The notes under the pieces are model-generated. The model had not been told where the DNA came from and ran no database searches. It saw only the letters and a list, made by a program, of their open reading frames with translations. The translations under genes were made by a program, and so were the position numbers. Of a stretch of DNA of 64,000 bases, positions 53,343-63,831 are shown piece after piece; position 1 is the stretch's first letter; each line of letters begins with the position of its first letter. Origin of the DNA: an uncultured Rickettsiales bacterium (GTDB lineage: Bacteria > Pseudomonadota > Alphaproteobacteria > Rickettsiales > CAZNNM01); the NCBI GenBank assembly GCA_964574415.1, contig CAZNNM010000009.1, forward strand, positions 4,975 to 68,974, given 5' to 3'.

Positions 53343-54566
53343 CTACCACGCCCTAAAAATCAGCGACGTATTCACCCCACCAAAAGCAAAATTATTCGAC
53401 ATAACATAACGCACCTTCGCCTGGAGCGGTTCGCCCTGTATATACGCAAGCTTTCCACATTCTGGATCAATTTCAGTTAAGTTCAGATTAGGTGCGAACC
53501 AGCCCTCTTCCATCATCTTTAAACTCATCCAGGCCTCTAGGCTACCTGCCGCGCCGAGTGTATGGCCCATATAGCTCTTTAAGGAAGAGAAAGGCACAGT
53601 ATCGCCGAACACCTCTGCCGTTGCCCGTGTTTCGGCAACATCACCGGAATCCGTTGCAGTGCCATGGCCATTGATATAGCCAATATCTTGTGCGGTGAGA
53701 TTGGCATCTGCCAATGCCAGCTCCATGGCTTTACGCATTGTATGCTGGGTTGGCTTGGTGACATGATTACCATCAGAGTTCGTACCAAACCCGACTACTT
53801 CTGCATAGATACGCGCCCCACGCGCCTGGGCGTGTTCTAATTCTTCGAGAATCAATGTTCCCCCGCCTTCACCAATCACCAATCCACCCCGTTTAGCATC
53901 AAAAGGCTTCGGGCAGAGTTCTGGATGAGCATTATTGGTTTCGGTGGCATAGAGAATATCAAAAACAGCCGCTTCTGTTGCACATAACTCCTCCGCACCA
54001 CCTGCGACCATCACCGTCTGCTTACCATGCTTAATCGCTTCATAAGCATACCCAATAGAAATACTGCCGGACGTACACGCCGTTGAGCTAGGGATAATGC
54101 GGCCTGTGACACCAAAAAATACACCTATATTGGTTGAGGTTGTATGCGGCATCATTTTGATATAGGTATTAGCGGTAATATTATCCAGCACCTTATGCGT
54201 CAGCATTAGGCTGAAATTGGCAAGCGCTTCTGGCGTGCCTGTGGAAGATCCATAGGCTATACCGGTTTGGCCATTGGTGATAATATCATGGCCGAGCAAG
54301 CCTGCATCGATAAGCGCCAGCTCTGTTGTATAGGTCGCATAGAGCGACACCCGCCCCATGCTACGCATGGTTTTGCGGTTATAATGTTCAGGCAGGTTTA
54401 AAGGCTTAATCGGAGCGCCTAAGCGGGTGCGTAGATCATCATAACAATCCCACGCATCCATATATACAACACCGTTTTTACCAGCAAGCAAATGCTCCTT
54501 CACCTCCGCCCAATGATTTCCAATAGGCGAAACACCTGCCATTCCGGTAACAACAACACGTTTCAT
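53343..54566 (-). CDS. beta-ketoacyl-ACP synthase (FabF/FabB-like KS of an aryl-polyene-type cluster)
   Basis: The active-site Cys context PSSTACTSGS, the His motifs NGHGTATDSGD and MGHTLGAAG, and a C-terminal FAFGGVNTSLIF are present. Confidence 0.85.
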   Translation of the reverse strand: MKRVVVTGMAGVSPIGNHWAEVKEHLLAGKNGVVYMDAWDCYDDLRTRLGAPIKPLNLPEHYNRKTMRSMGRVSLYATYTTELALIDAGLLGHDIITNGQTGIAYGSSTGTPEALANFSLMLTHKVLDNITANTYIKMMPHTTSTNIGVFFGVTGRIIPSSTACTSGSISIGYAYEAIKHGKQTVMVAGGAEELCATEAAVFDILYATETNNAHPELCPKPFDAKRGGLVIGEGGGTLILEELEHAQARGARIYAEVVGFGTNSDGNHVTKPTQHTMRKAMELALADANLTAQDIGYINGHGTATDSGDVAETRATAEVFGDTVPFSSLKSYMGHTLGAAGSLEAWMSLKMMEEGWFAPNLNLTEIDPECGKLAYIQGEPLQAKVRYVMSNNFAFGGVNTSLIFRAW

Positions 54567-55300
54567 TACACCATCCCTCCGTTCACAGAGAGTACTTGCC
54601 GCGTAATATAGGCTGCGCCATCCGAACAGAGGAAGGATACAGCAGCTGCAACATCTTCCACCGTGCCAGTACGGCGCAGCGGGATGAGTTCTTTGACATA
54701 AGAGGGATCAATATGCTCGGTCATATCCGTATCAATCAACCCAGGCGCTACGCAATTAACCGTAATATGCCGTTTGCCAAGCTCGACTGCTAATGCTTTC
54801 ACCGCACCAATAATCCCAGCCTTCGACGCGCTATAATTCACCTGCCCACGATTGCCTGCAATGCCTGAAACTGAGGAAAGTGCTACGATTCTTCCGCCTT
54901 GTTTAGTGCGGATCATGGGCATAATGATAGGCTGTAATACATTATAAAACCCATCCAGATTCGTATGAAGCACCTGATCCCACTCCTCACCTGTCATCGC
55001 AGGAAACGCCGTATCCTTCGTTACACCCGCATTGCACACCACACCATAATATGCGCCATGCTGCTCCATATCCGCCTCAATAGCCAATTGGGTTTGCTGG
55101 CGGTTTGCAATATCAAAGGGTAATAGACGGGCTGCTCTACCTAGCTGGATAATTTCCTGTGCTACCTGCGCTGCCTGAGCTTGGTTGGAACGGAAATTTA
55201 AGACGAGATCAAATCCATCTCTGGCTAATTGCAAGGCAATTGCTGCGCCAATGCCTCGGCTGGCGCCAGTCACAAGAATGGTACGGGTTACAGGGGTCAT
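54566..55300 (-). CDS. fabG: 3-oxoacyl-ACP reductase (SDR, FabG family)
   Basis: The cofactor-binding motif TGASRGIG, the catalytic YSASKAG, and the C-terminal ITRQVLSVNGGM are present. Confidence 0.85.
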   Translation of the reverse strand: MTPVTRTILVTGASRGIGAAIALQLARDGFDLVLNFRSNQAQAAQVAQEIIQLGRAARLLPFDIANRQQTQLAIEADMEQHGAYYGVVCNAGVTKDTAFPAMTGEEWDQVLHTNLDGFYNVLQPIIMPMIRTKQGGRIVALSSVSGIAGNRGQVNYSASKAGIIGAVKALAVELGKRHITVNCVAPGLIDTDMTEHIDPSYVKELIPLRRTGTVEDVAAAVSFLCSDGAAYITRQVLSVNGGMV

Positions 55301-55740
55301 ACTTTAAATATATCTCCAATATTTTCAGGAACATATGCACTTATAGTGGTAGTGGCAACACAATTATCCTGCTGATCATATATCGCACAGGCATATACGC
55401 CCATATTATTATCGCGGAACTCTTCCTTCACCGTAATCCGCAATGTCATACCGACAGGAAATTCTTCAATACTGGGTGTATAATTACGGCATCCCAGCAA
55501 TAGGCCTACTTTGGTTGCACGCCCTGATTGCTTTTCATACATACCCGCATAGGCCGCCACCCCTTGCGCGGCATATTCCATCCCTACCCATATAGGCACA
55601 GCACCTTTGGCACAAAAGGTAGAATCCTCACGGATAGTGGTTTCCACCTCGGCATAGCCATCCGCATAGCTTAGCAACCGCTCAATCAGCAGCATACCAC
55701 GCCGATGCTGCACCAGCGCTTCAATTGGAGGATAGGTCAT
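55297..55740 (-). CDS. hotdog-fold 3-hydroxyacyl-ACP dehydratase-like protein
   Basis: 147 aa. It sits between the KS and KR genes, as in ape/xanthomonadin-type clusters, and has 4-nt overlaps on both sides. The assignment rests mainly on size and context. Confidence 0.55.
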   Translation of the reverse strand: MTYPPIEALVQHRRGMLLIERLLSYADGYAEVETTIREDSTFCAKGAVPIWVGMEYAAQGVAAYAGMYEKQSGRATKVGLLLGCRNYTPSIEEFPVGMTLRITVKEEFRDNNMGVYACAIYDQQDNCVATTTISAYVPENIGDIFKV

Positions 55741-56945
55741 GATGGCTTCCCTAATAATACACAGGCATTGCTTCCTCCAAATGCGAAGGAATTACTCGCC
55801 ACATACCGCACCGCATCAGATGACACATCGCCTGGTGCGATAAAATTCTTTAACATCACATCCTCTGCTTTGATACCATCCCATATATGCGGCGGCAGTT
55901 TATGGTCAGGGTTATGGATATCCGATAAGACAAGCCAGCATAATGCCGCCTCAATCGCACCTGCTGCACCGAGCGTATGCCCTGTGAGGGCTTTTGTGGA
56001 GCTACAGGCGATTGCAGGGCCAAACACCTTGCTCACCGCCTTGGATTCCATACTATCATTATGCAGCGTCCCAGTACCATGCAGGTTAATATAACCAATA
56101 TCCTCTGACGATAACTTCGCTTTCTTTAGTGCATCCAGCATGGCTGCTATGGCACCTTCACCTTCTGGTTCTGGGGCTGTCATGCTATAGGCATCGGAAG
56201 ATTCACCGACGCTGAGATAGTGAATTCCCTCATCACCTCTAATCATAAGAAAAAGCGCCGCCCCTTCACCAATGGAAATGCCCGCCCTATTCGCACTAAA
56301 CGGATTACACAACTCTGAAGATAGCGCACCTAATGAATGAAAACCATTAAGGGTCATGCGGCAGAGGCTATCTACACCTCCCACTAACACCGCATCACAC
56401 ACACCCATTTGCAATAATCCTGCCGCACTAGAGAACGTTTTAGCGCTGGAGCTACAGGCAGTAGAGACGGTCATCGCAAGATTGCTGAGTTGTAAATACT
56501 CCGCCAGAAACTCCGCTGCGTTCCCAATGGTTTGGACAAGAAATGAATAACCCGATGGAAAAGCACCCTGGCGCATATAATGCTCTAATGCTTTTTCGCC
56601 TTCATCAATACCGGATGTACTCGTCCCAATCACCACTGCGACACGGTCACGCCCATAGGTATGAATAGCACGCTCGGCTTCTTCCTGGATTTGCTGATAG
56701 GCCGTTAGTAATAACTGGTTATTACGGCTCTGATGCTGGCTATAGCCAGCGGGAATATCCACTAGTTTTCCATGCACACGGCCAAGATAGCACCCTTCTT
56801 CCGTCCGCAACAACTCCCGATCCTTAACCATGCCCGTCGTTTCCCCACGAAACAATGCATCTGCAACGCTTTGCTTATCCATACCTAAGGCACAGCAGAT
56901 GCCTAAAGCTGAAAGGGAAAAAGATGGTGAGACAGACTTAATCAT
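55737..56945 (-). CDS. beta-ketoacyl synthase (second KS)
   Basis: The active-site context TVSTACSSSAKTF, NLHGTGTLHND, TGHTLGAAG and FAFGGSNACVLL are present. Confidence 0.85.
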   Translation of the reverse strand: MIKSVSPSFSLSALGICCALGMDKQSVADALFRGETTGMVKDRELLRTEEGCYLGRVHGKLVDIPAGYSQHQSRNNQLLLTAYQQIQEEAERAIHTYGRDRVAVVIGTSTSGIDEGEKALEHYMRQGAFPSGYSFLVQTIGNAAEFLAEYLQLSNLAMTVSTACSSSAKTFSSAAGLLQMGVCDAVLVGGVDSLCRMTLNGFHSLGALSSELCNPFSANRAGISIGEGAALFLMIRGDEGIHYLSVGESSDAYSMTAPEPEGEGAIAAMLDALKKAKLSSEDIGYINLHGTGTLHNDSMESKAVSKVFGPAIACSSTKALTGHTLGAAGAIEAALCWLVLSDIHNPDHKLPPHIWDGIKAEDVMLKNFIAPGDVSSDAVRYVASNSFAFGGSNACVLLGKPS

Positions 56946-57518
56946 TTAGGATTCGCTATGCAGGTTTTCTAGGATAAGGGTGTAATGATGGTGCAAATTG
57001 TTCAGAGTAATAACCGATTGCCATGCATTTCGATGGCTATAGGTAATCACCGCATAAGGCTTTCCATTATAGGTAATGATGCGTTTCTGCGTTTCATCAA
57101 CCACCACAAACCCCGACCCCTGCAATACGGCTTGCAAGGATGCATGTGGCCAGAAGATTAACTGGAAATCACTTGCCATTTTTTGCGCGGAAAGCCAGGT
57201 GCTATGGCCGTGTGATACTATACCTTGCGCATCAATAGCCACATCAAATCGCGCCCGCCCCATAGTGGCAAAGCCAAGCATTGCCATACGGCCTGGGGCG
57301 ATTTCTGTGCGTAATAAGAAACGGTCTTTCGTATCATCATTCTCAACGGTAATATTCTGATCCACCGCTATAAACGCTTTCCCTTCCAACACTACTGCCG
57401 GTATCACCCGATCCAGTGGCGGAGTAACATTATCGACCATTGCCCTCTGTATATGACCACAGGCGGTAAGCAACGGTATAGCAATGAGGATCACGAACAA
57501 ACGCTTCATTGGCGGCAC
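56946..57518 (-). CDS. lipoprotein (DUF3261-like position in aryl-polyene clusters)
   Basis: Signal peptide plus lipobox IAIPLLTAC. The family assignment is by position and size only. Confidence 0.5.
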   Translation of the reverse strand: MPPMKRLFVILIAIPLLTACGHIQRAMVDNVTPPLDRVIPAVVLEGKAFIAVDQNITVENDDTKDRFLLRTEIAPGRMAMLGFATMGRARFDVAIDAQGIVSHGHSTWLSAQKMASDFQLIFWPHASLQAVLQGSGFVVVDETQKRIITYNGKPYAVITYSHRNAWQSVITLNNLHHHYTLILENLHSES

Positions 57519-58738
57519 AGCTCAGCCAGTGTTTTGAGTCGGCGGGAGGATTGTGTGTGGGTATAGGGATTCTCAGCATCCCATGCATATCCTGCTAAAA
57601 TAGAGCAAATATAACGCTTCACCTCCGGCTGTTGGGCATGGGAGGCAAAGAAGATATCAATCAAATCCCCCGCATACCACGCATCCACAAATGCACGGAA
57701 TGTATTCACCCCAACCATCAACTTATCCGCAAACTCCGTTTGCCAATCCACGGCTTGGCCTTGTAAGTGCTTATCTAGTGCATTGGCTGCTAAAGATGAT
57801 GATTTCATTGCAATCGTCATGCCTGATGAAAAAATAGGATCGAGGAACTCGCCCGCATTGCCAAGCAGCGCAAAATTCTTGCCATGTAATGAACTCACAG
57901 AACAGGCATAGCCAGTAATCGTCTGGACGTCCCTATGGTAATTTGCTTGGCCTAAGATTTTCCGTAGATACGGATCATCATGGATATGTTTCTGGAGTAT
58001 TTCTTTATGAGATTTACCCGCATAATCCGCAAAATAACTCGCATTACCCACCACACCAATGGAAGATGTACCGTTAGAGAACGGAATCAACCAATACCAC
58101 ACATCCTTATGCTCAGGATGCACGGTGATTAAGATACGGTCACGGTTAAAGGAAGACTCGGTAATATGATCTTCCACATGCGTGAAATAGGCATTACGTG
58201 GAGGGAACTCGGAGGGTGTATCCAGTTTGAGCAAGCGTGGCAATGTACGGCCAAATCCACTTGCATCCAAACAGAATCGGGCGGATATCTGGGCTGGCCC
58301 TTTATCATCATGTTCGACATGCAGGATAACACCATCATCCTGCAAAGTAATATCCTTGACCGCAACACCATAGGATACTTCTGCACCCATAGATGCAGCT
58401 GTATCAATCAACACCTTATCAAAATCTGCCCGCACCACTTGATATGTCTCAAACGGCCCTTCCGCACTTTTTTGCTCAAACTCGAAGGCCACTTTGCGCA
58501 TCAGATAGTTAAACTCTGCTCCATCTTTATACTGGAACCCTGTCTTATTCACCGCCCCTAACAGGCCAGCCTCCTCTAAAAACACCATGGCTTGCGGCAA
58601 CAGGCTCTCGCCGATAGAGAAGCGCGGGAAATACTGTCGCTCTACCACGCATATACGGTATCCTTTTTTGCATAGCAGCGCCGCCGCAACCGCACCAGCG
58701 GGGCCGGCGCCAATAATTGCAACATCATAATGGGTCAT
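57506..58738 (-). CDS. FAD-dependent halogenase-like oxidoreductase
   Basis: An N-terminal GxGxxG (YDVAIIGAGPAGAVAA), FPRFSIGESLLPQ, and the WxWxIP-type motif VWYWLIPF characteristic of flavin-dependent halogenases. Confidence 0.7.
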   Translation of the reverse strand: MTHYDVAIIGAGPAGAVAAALLCKKGYRICVVERQYFPRFSIGESLLPQAMVFLEEAGLLGAVNKTGFQYKDGAEFNYLMRKVAFEFEQKSAEGPFETYQVVRADFDKVLIDTAASMGAEVSYGVAVKDITLQDDGVILHVEHDDKGPAQISARFCLDASGFGRTLPRLLKLDTPSEFPPRNAYFTHVEDHITESSFNRDRILITVHPEHKDVWYWLIPFSNGTSSIGVVGNASYFADYAGKSHKEILQKHIHDDPYLRKILGQANYHRDVQTITGYACSVSSLHGKNFALLGNAGEFLDPIFSSGMTIAMKSSSLAANALDKHLQGQAVDWQTEFADKLMVGVNTFRAFVDAWYAGDLIDIFFASHAQQPEVKRYICSILAGYAWDAENPYTHTQSSRRLKTLAELCRQ

Positions 58739-61122
58739 GACTTAAACCTATGGGTATAAAGTGTTGTTAAAGGCGTGAAGAGAAGTGTTAGCGTCAGGCC
58801 AATACATACCACAACCCCAAAATCACGCAAGACGGTTGTGGCACTTAACGATAATAAACCAAATGATAGCAATGTGGTTACCGTAGACAAGAACACCGCC
58901 ACCATCGTCGCACGGCTACTCTCCTCTGCTTCGGAGAGGAATAGAGTATAATCCACCGCAATCCCCATCACCAAGAACAATGCCATGATATTGAATAAGG
59001 TATAGGAACCAAATATCACACTCGCAATCACAATACTAAACACCGCCGCAAACACAGAGGGCAATATAATCACCAATCCCTTTTTAAACCCATAACGCTT
59101 CCACAAAAATACACCGATGATGAGGTAAGAAAGGGTAATGCAGATCGATATCCAGTAGCGGTACTGTGATAGCAGCAATGAAATATCGTTAATCTTATCC
59201 AAGAACTCCACCCCATTCTCTGGCGAATGCAATGCGCGCAGCGCAGTCACATCATGAATGGTCTCAAGCGTCACCAATGCCAGCACCTTGCCACGGAATT
59301 CACCTAACCATAAGGCGGATAGAGGCGTATCTGCTATATAAGGCGCTATCTCCTCGATAGTTGCCTGGGGTTGGGTCGGGATGGAGGCAGCATAATGCTC
59401 CAATACATCTGGCGCGATGCCTATTTGCTCCCATGTATTTGTTAAAACATCGTTATTCTTAGCTATAAAATGGCTTAGAAGATTGCGATTCTCTGTTTGT
59501 GCTTTGATTGAAGGTATAAATTGGCTCATCGCCTGATAGCCTGCAAGCTTCCCTTCTGTGATCAATCCGTCCAATTGCCGCGTGAGCTGCTCTTGGCGCA
59601 GCAATACCTCATCTGTCGTACGCCCCGAAATCACAAAGAACTGTGGAGAGAATTGTTTATGGAGTAGCTTGGAGACACGGAGATCATTCTGCAATAAAGC
59701 AGCCGAAATAGGCTGCATTCCTCGCACCTCGTCCTTACCTTGCACAAAGAATAAGGCAATTCCACCTATAACAGTTGTGGCTACCAACACAGGCAATGCG
59801 TAACGCTTCAGCCAAGGATGCGACCAGCAGGTGAGGTATATCGTAGCATAGCGGTATAATGCTGGGCTAGGCTGCCGCCGTAGATTCTTGAAACCATAAG
59901 GAAACCAGAATAATACGCTACCACACGAAAATATCAGCCCCGCACAACAGAATACTGCCATTTGCTGTAATCCAGGGAATGGAACAATGCAAATCCCCAA
60001 AAAGCCAATCAGGCTGGTGATTAATCCGAGTACAATACAGGTACGTATATGATCCACCGCCTCCCTAGGCGACCATACGGTTTGCCGGTAGCGTTCGGTA
60101 AAGAAATGCAGTGCATAATCAACCGATATACCAATAAGGCTCGTACCAAACACCATGGTTAACAAATGCACCTTACCAAAAATAAGTAAACAGGATGCAA
60201 AACCGACAATACATCCTAACACCACCATCACCATCGTAGCCGCAAAAGGCTGCACTGACCGGAATGCCAGAATTAGCACCAAACACGTACCTATAAAGGA
60301 TAACGACCCCATCCAGCTAATTTCATCCTGCGCCATTTGGGAGCCGTTAAAGAGATGGAACAGCAAACCACTCCGAATAATCTCCACCTCAGGATAGGCC
60401 TGCTTGATCTCCTTTTCTATGGTATCAAGCCCCTGTTTTGCCCTTTCTTGAAAATCCAAGTGAAACGCACTTTCGTTTAAGGTGAGACCTATATAGGCAT
60501 AATACACACCCTCATCCGCCACAACAGCCACATCCTCCACCATCTCAAAATGGTTGAGGGTTGAAAGCAGTTTGTCCTGGATATAATGCGAAAAAAGCGT
60601 GAGTGGGTCATGCGTAATATCGGAGAATAACGGCAAAGCACCAATACCATAAAGCTGGAGTAATACCTGATTACGGATGGCCTCAACATCCCCCTCTTCT
60701 AGCATCTGACGTTGTTTAGGCGTGAGTAAGCCGGATTGATGCTGCGCTAGTTTTTCAATAAGCTTGCGCATTCTGGCACTGTTCTTGCCCATATTATCAA
60801 CGTCAACACCCGCCACATTGCCTAGTGCCTTTTGATAATCATGTGCCGCATTCACTGCACGGATTTTATCCTTATCGCCGATTAGCACAAAGATTTTCTG
60901 CCCAAACCCTTCGGTGATTTTTTGCTGGGCGTAGCGTGCTGTCTCTGATTGTTTTTCTTTGGGGAAGAGTGAGAAAATGTCGGTATCAAATACCGGCCCT
61001 TGCGTCGCACGCCAGCCGCTATACCCTACCATGGATAGTAATATTACCACCCATAAAACCGCAAAAAATGCCGAAGCTCTAAGGGATAAGTGCATGTTGC
61101 AATACCGGATCAATAGAAACAC
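58735..61122 (-). CDS. MMPL/RND-superfamily membrane exporter
   Basis: 795 aa with two blocks of ~6 TM helices separated by soluble loops, next to a LolA-like gene. The start is possibly ATG 61095 (MHLSLRAS). Confidence 0.75.
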   Translation of the reverse strand: MFLLIRYCNMHLSLRASAFFAVLWVVILLSMVGYSGWRATQGPVFDTDIFSLFPKEKQSETARYAQQKITEGFGQKIFVLIGDKDKIRAVNAAHDYQKALGNVAGVDVDNMGKNSARMRKLIEKLAQHQSGLLTPKQRQMLEEGDVEAIRNQVLLQLYGIGALPLFSDITHDPLTLFSHYIQDKLLSTLNHFEMVEDVAVVADEGVYYAYIGLTLNESAFHLDFQERAKQGLDTIEKEIKQAYPEVEIIRSGLLFHLFNGSQMAQDEISWMGSLSFIGTCLVLILAFRSVQPFAATMVMVVLGCIVGFASCLLIFGKVHLLTMVFGTSLIGISVDYALHFFTERYRQTVWSPREAVDHIRTCIVLGLITSLIGFLGICIVPFPGLQQMAVFCCAGLIFSCGSVLFWFPYGFKNLRRQPSPALYRYATIYLTCWSHPWLKRYALPVLVATTVIGGIALFFVQGKDEVRGMQPISAALLQNDLRVSKLLHKQFSPQFFVISGRTTDEVLLRQEQLTRQLDGLITEGKLAGYQAMSQFIPSIKAQTENRNLLSHFIAKNNDVLTNTWEQIGIAPDVLEHYAASIPTQPQATIEEIAPYIADTPLSALWLGEFRGKVLALVTLETIHDVTALRALHSPENGVEFLDKINDISLLLSQYRYWISICITLSYLIIGVFLWKRYGFKKGLVIILPSVFAAVFSIVIASVIFGSYTLFNIMALFLVMGIAVDYTLFLSEAEESSRATMVAVFLSTVTTLLSFGLLSLSATTVLRDFGVVVCIGLTLTLLFTPLTTLYTHRFKS

Positions 61123-61735
61123 TATGCTGGGATAACATCACATGTGTATGTTTCCCGTCTTTTTCGTAAATATCCACCTGTAGCGGATATTCTTCACCGC
61201 GCAAGACAATACCAGATACATATTGCTTTACCAAAGCCAGCCGTGGCTCCAGGGCAATCACCCATGTTGTGTCAGAAAGCTGGCCCTTAATCTCAAAATC
61301 CCGCAAGACTTTGTCATAACGCCCGGAAAAAATATCCGTCAGGTTGCGCGCTAGTGATGTAAGGTAGACTGGCTTATCTGTCATACTCTCTGTACGCTTA
61401 TCTCCTACCCATTGCTGTATATTATCCTTTGTAATAACAGTCGTTAGCACAAACGGCGTCTCACGTTGCCAGACAATGCCTTTATCTTTGAGGAGAAGAA
61501 TTTTTCCCTTAGAGACTAATGGGCGCACCAAAGGTGGTAATGTTCGCGTCTCCTCAAAGGCCATTTGTACTTTAGCAGGTTGCGGAAAACGCTGAATATA
61601 CTGTTGCACCTGCTCTTCTGTGAGCAGTGGTAGCTGCGCTTGCGATAGATACTCCTCAAAACTCTCCGCATGCGCTGAGGAGATGCCCCCTATAAGGGTC
61701 AGCACCATGATTACTATGGTATAGAGATGTTTCAT
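61079..61735 (-). CDS. LolA-like outer-membrane lipoprotein-carrier family protein
   Basis: Signal peptide ending SSAHA. It is ~200 aa and sits between the thioesterase and MMPL genes, as in ape clusters. Confidence 0.55.
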   Translation of the reverse strand: MKHLYTIVIMVLTLIGGISSAHAESFEEYLSQAQLPLLTEEQVQQYIQRFPQPAKVQMAFEETRTLPPLVRPLVSKGKILLLKDKGIVWQRETPFVLTTVITKDNIQQWVGDKRTESMTDKPVYLTSLARNLTDIFSGRYDKVLRDFEIKGQLSDTTWVIALEPRLALVKQYVSGIVLRGEEYPLQVDIYEKDGKHTHVMLSQHSVSIDPVLQHALIP

Positions 61736-62157
61736 GCTACCCCCAATTTTTCTAATAATATCGATGGCGATGTCAGCAGCATCTCATTATGCTCCAAATC
61801 CACCGCCACTTGATCGGTTCTTCCTTTGGTCAACCGCTCACCTGTGTGCTTATCGCGGATGACATAGAGAATCCGTAAGCGGTATTCATATTCCACCACT
61901 TCTGCCGTCACCACAACCACCTGGCCGAACATAATCGGGCGGATGTAGCGTATATGCATATCAATCACCGGCCATGCATAGCCAGAGGCTTTCATCTGGC
62001 CGTAGCTGTAATCGATCTTATCCAATAAGGCACATCGCGCCTCTTCAAAAAAGCGGGCATAATGACCATGCCACACGACATTCATCGGGTCTATGTCATA
62101 AAACTGCGCTTTGATCTCAACAGATGCAGCGATCTGTATTTTGGCACTATTTTTCAT
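61732..62157 (-). CDS. acyl-CoA/ACP thioesterase (4HBT/YbgC-like hotdog)
   Basis: 141 aa with an N-terminal YDIDPMNVVWHGHYARFFEEAR motif typical of the YbgC/4HBT family. Confidence 0.75.
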   Translation of the reverse strand: MKNSAKIQIAASVEIKAQFYDIDPMNVVWHGHYARFFEEARCALLDKIDYSYGQMKASGYAWPVIDMHIRYIRPIMFGQVVVVTAEVVEYEYRLRILYVIRDKHTGERLTKGRTDQVAVDLEHNEMLLTSPSILLEKLGVA

Positions 62158-63085
62158 CTAACCAATACCCAAAAAAATTGAACCATTGCAACGGATAACG
62201 GCAGACATAATATTCCAGCCGTGCCACATAACGCTCCATTTCCTGACGCAACCGCACTTCTCGTTCCCGACGGGGAATCTGCAACCCATCGGAGAATTTC
62301 TCAAAATAGATATGATAGCGCTTTCCTTCTTTCAGGCAGAATAGCAATAAGATCGGGCATGAGAATAACGCCCCAAGAAATAACGGCCCTTGCGCAAACT
62401 CTGCCTTGCGTCCGAGGAAGGGAATAGCTTCACACCGGCCTGTAATGTCAACAGGGTAGCGGTCACCTGCTATAATCACATATTCACCCCGATTTAAGCC
62501 TTCCTGCAACTGCATTGCTAGCCCTGCATTAATATCCTCAATCGAAATAATTTTCACATTCTCTGTGCTTTGCGTCATTTCTGATAAGAGACGTTGGAAC
62601 GTCGGTGTATTTTTATGATAGGAAAGAATCGTTAACCCTATCCCCTTAAACGCCCCTATCACACGGCAAATCTCCACATTGCCTAAATGCGACATAATCA
62701 CAAGAGCGCCTTGCTTCTTTTCTTGTAGAGCTTCATGATGTTCCAGACCTGTGAATAGCAAGTCTTCCGCTTTATAATACCCTAACCAGACAATACATTT
62801 ATCTACCAAGGCATTTGCAAACGTCATAAAATGCCGAAAACTCTGCCCTAGGCCTGGCCTATGTTTCCATGGGCTATGTTCTTTGGTAAATATATGCACT
62901 TGCCTTAAGAATTCCAGCGAATGCTTGCGCGCATCTGCACGCATTAGGAAATAAAACAGCACCACACCATAGAGGCAAAACGCCATAAGCGGTCTGCCGC
63001 CATAGCGTAAGATTAGCAATAGCAGTTTCATACCTGTATAACTGCTGCGCTCCTTCACCTCACTCCAGCGTTTTTTCTCTGTCAT
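62147..63085 (-). CDS. lysophospholipid/lipid A-type acyltransferase (LpxL/HtrB-like)
   Basis: 312 aa with an N-terminal TM helix and a conserved-looking MSHLGNVE segment (H-containing acyltransferase motif). The call is supported by cluster context. Confidence 0.6.
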   Translation of the reverse strand: MTEKKRWSEVKERSSYTGMKLLLLILRYGGRPLMAFCLYGVVLFYFLMRADARKHSLEFLRQVHIFTKEHSPWKHRPGLGQSFRHFMTFANALVDKCIVWLGYYKAEDLLFTGLEHHEALQEKKQGALVIMSHLGNVEICRVIGAFKGIGLTILSYHKNTPTFQRLLSEMTQSTENVKIISIEDINAGLAMQLQEGLNRGEYVIIAGDRYPVDITGRCEAIPFLGRKAEFAQGPLFLGALFSCPILLLFCLKEGKRYHIYFEKFSDGLQIPRREREVRLRQEMERYVARLEYYVCRYPLQWFNFFGYWLDEK

Positions 63086-63831
63086 ATATTATTCTTACAT
63101 TTTCTGGCTAATAACAGAGGCAGGCGCATTAGCATACCTAGACATAAACGCGTATGCATATAGGATATGCGGCAATTATCCCTTACCATCTTAAAATGTG
63201 ATATTCCGTCTTCGGGATAAATCACCTTGGTATCAATAAACCGTGTTTTCACACCACGCCAATAGAGGCGGACGAGTATTTCTGTATCGAAATCCATCCT
63301 CGTTCCCAGTGTGCAGCGCTCTATCAAAACACAGCAAGCCGCTAGTGGATAGACCCTAAACCCGCACATCGAATCCTTGATCGAAAAAGACAGCGTTTCC
63401 ACCCACACCCAGAAATGCGTGATATAACGGCCATATAACCGGCCTTTCGGTATCGAATCATCATAAATAGGCCGCCCCGAAATCACCTCATCGGGATGGG
63501 CTTGTGATAACTCTATAAAACGCCCGATATCATCAATAGCGTGCTGCCCATCTGCATCCACTTGTAGCGCATGTGTATACCCTCTAGCATAAGCCTCTGC
63601 CATGCCACGCATGACCGCCGCTCCTTTTCCTTGGTTAGGTTCTAAACGGAACAGGGTAATGGCGCTGTTATGTCCGGCCAAGGCACGCAATACCTGCTGG
63701 CATTCCTCATTGCTACCATCATCCACCATGATAACATCCAACCCATAGACACTCAGCCGCTCCAGGGTTTTGGCGATAAAACGGTGGTGGTTATAGACAG
63801 GAATGAGAATACACGCGCGATACATGGTCAT
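63082..63831 (-). CDS. family-2 glycosyltransferase
   Basis: ILIPVYNH...VIMVDDGSNE...ALQVDADGQH (the DxD region), typical of GT2. Confidence 0.8.
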   Translation of the reverse strand: MTMYRACILIPVYNHHRFIAKTLERLSVYGLDVIMVDDGSNEECQQVLRALAGHNSAITLFRLEPNQGKGAAVMRGMAEAYARGYTHALQVDADGQHAIDDIGRFIELSQAHPDEVISGRPIYDDSIPKGRLYGRYITHFWVWVETLSFSIKDSMCGFRVYPLAACCVLIERCTLGTRMDFDTEILVRLYWRGVKTRFIDTKVIYPEDGISHFKMVRDNCRISYMHTRLCLGMLMRLPLLLARKCKNNI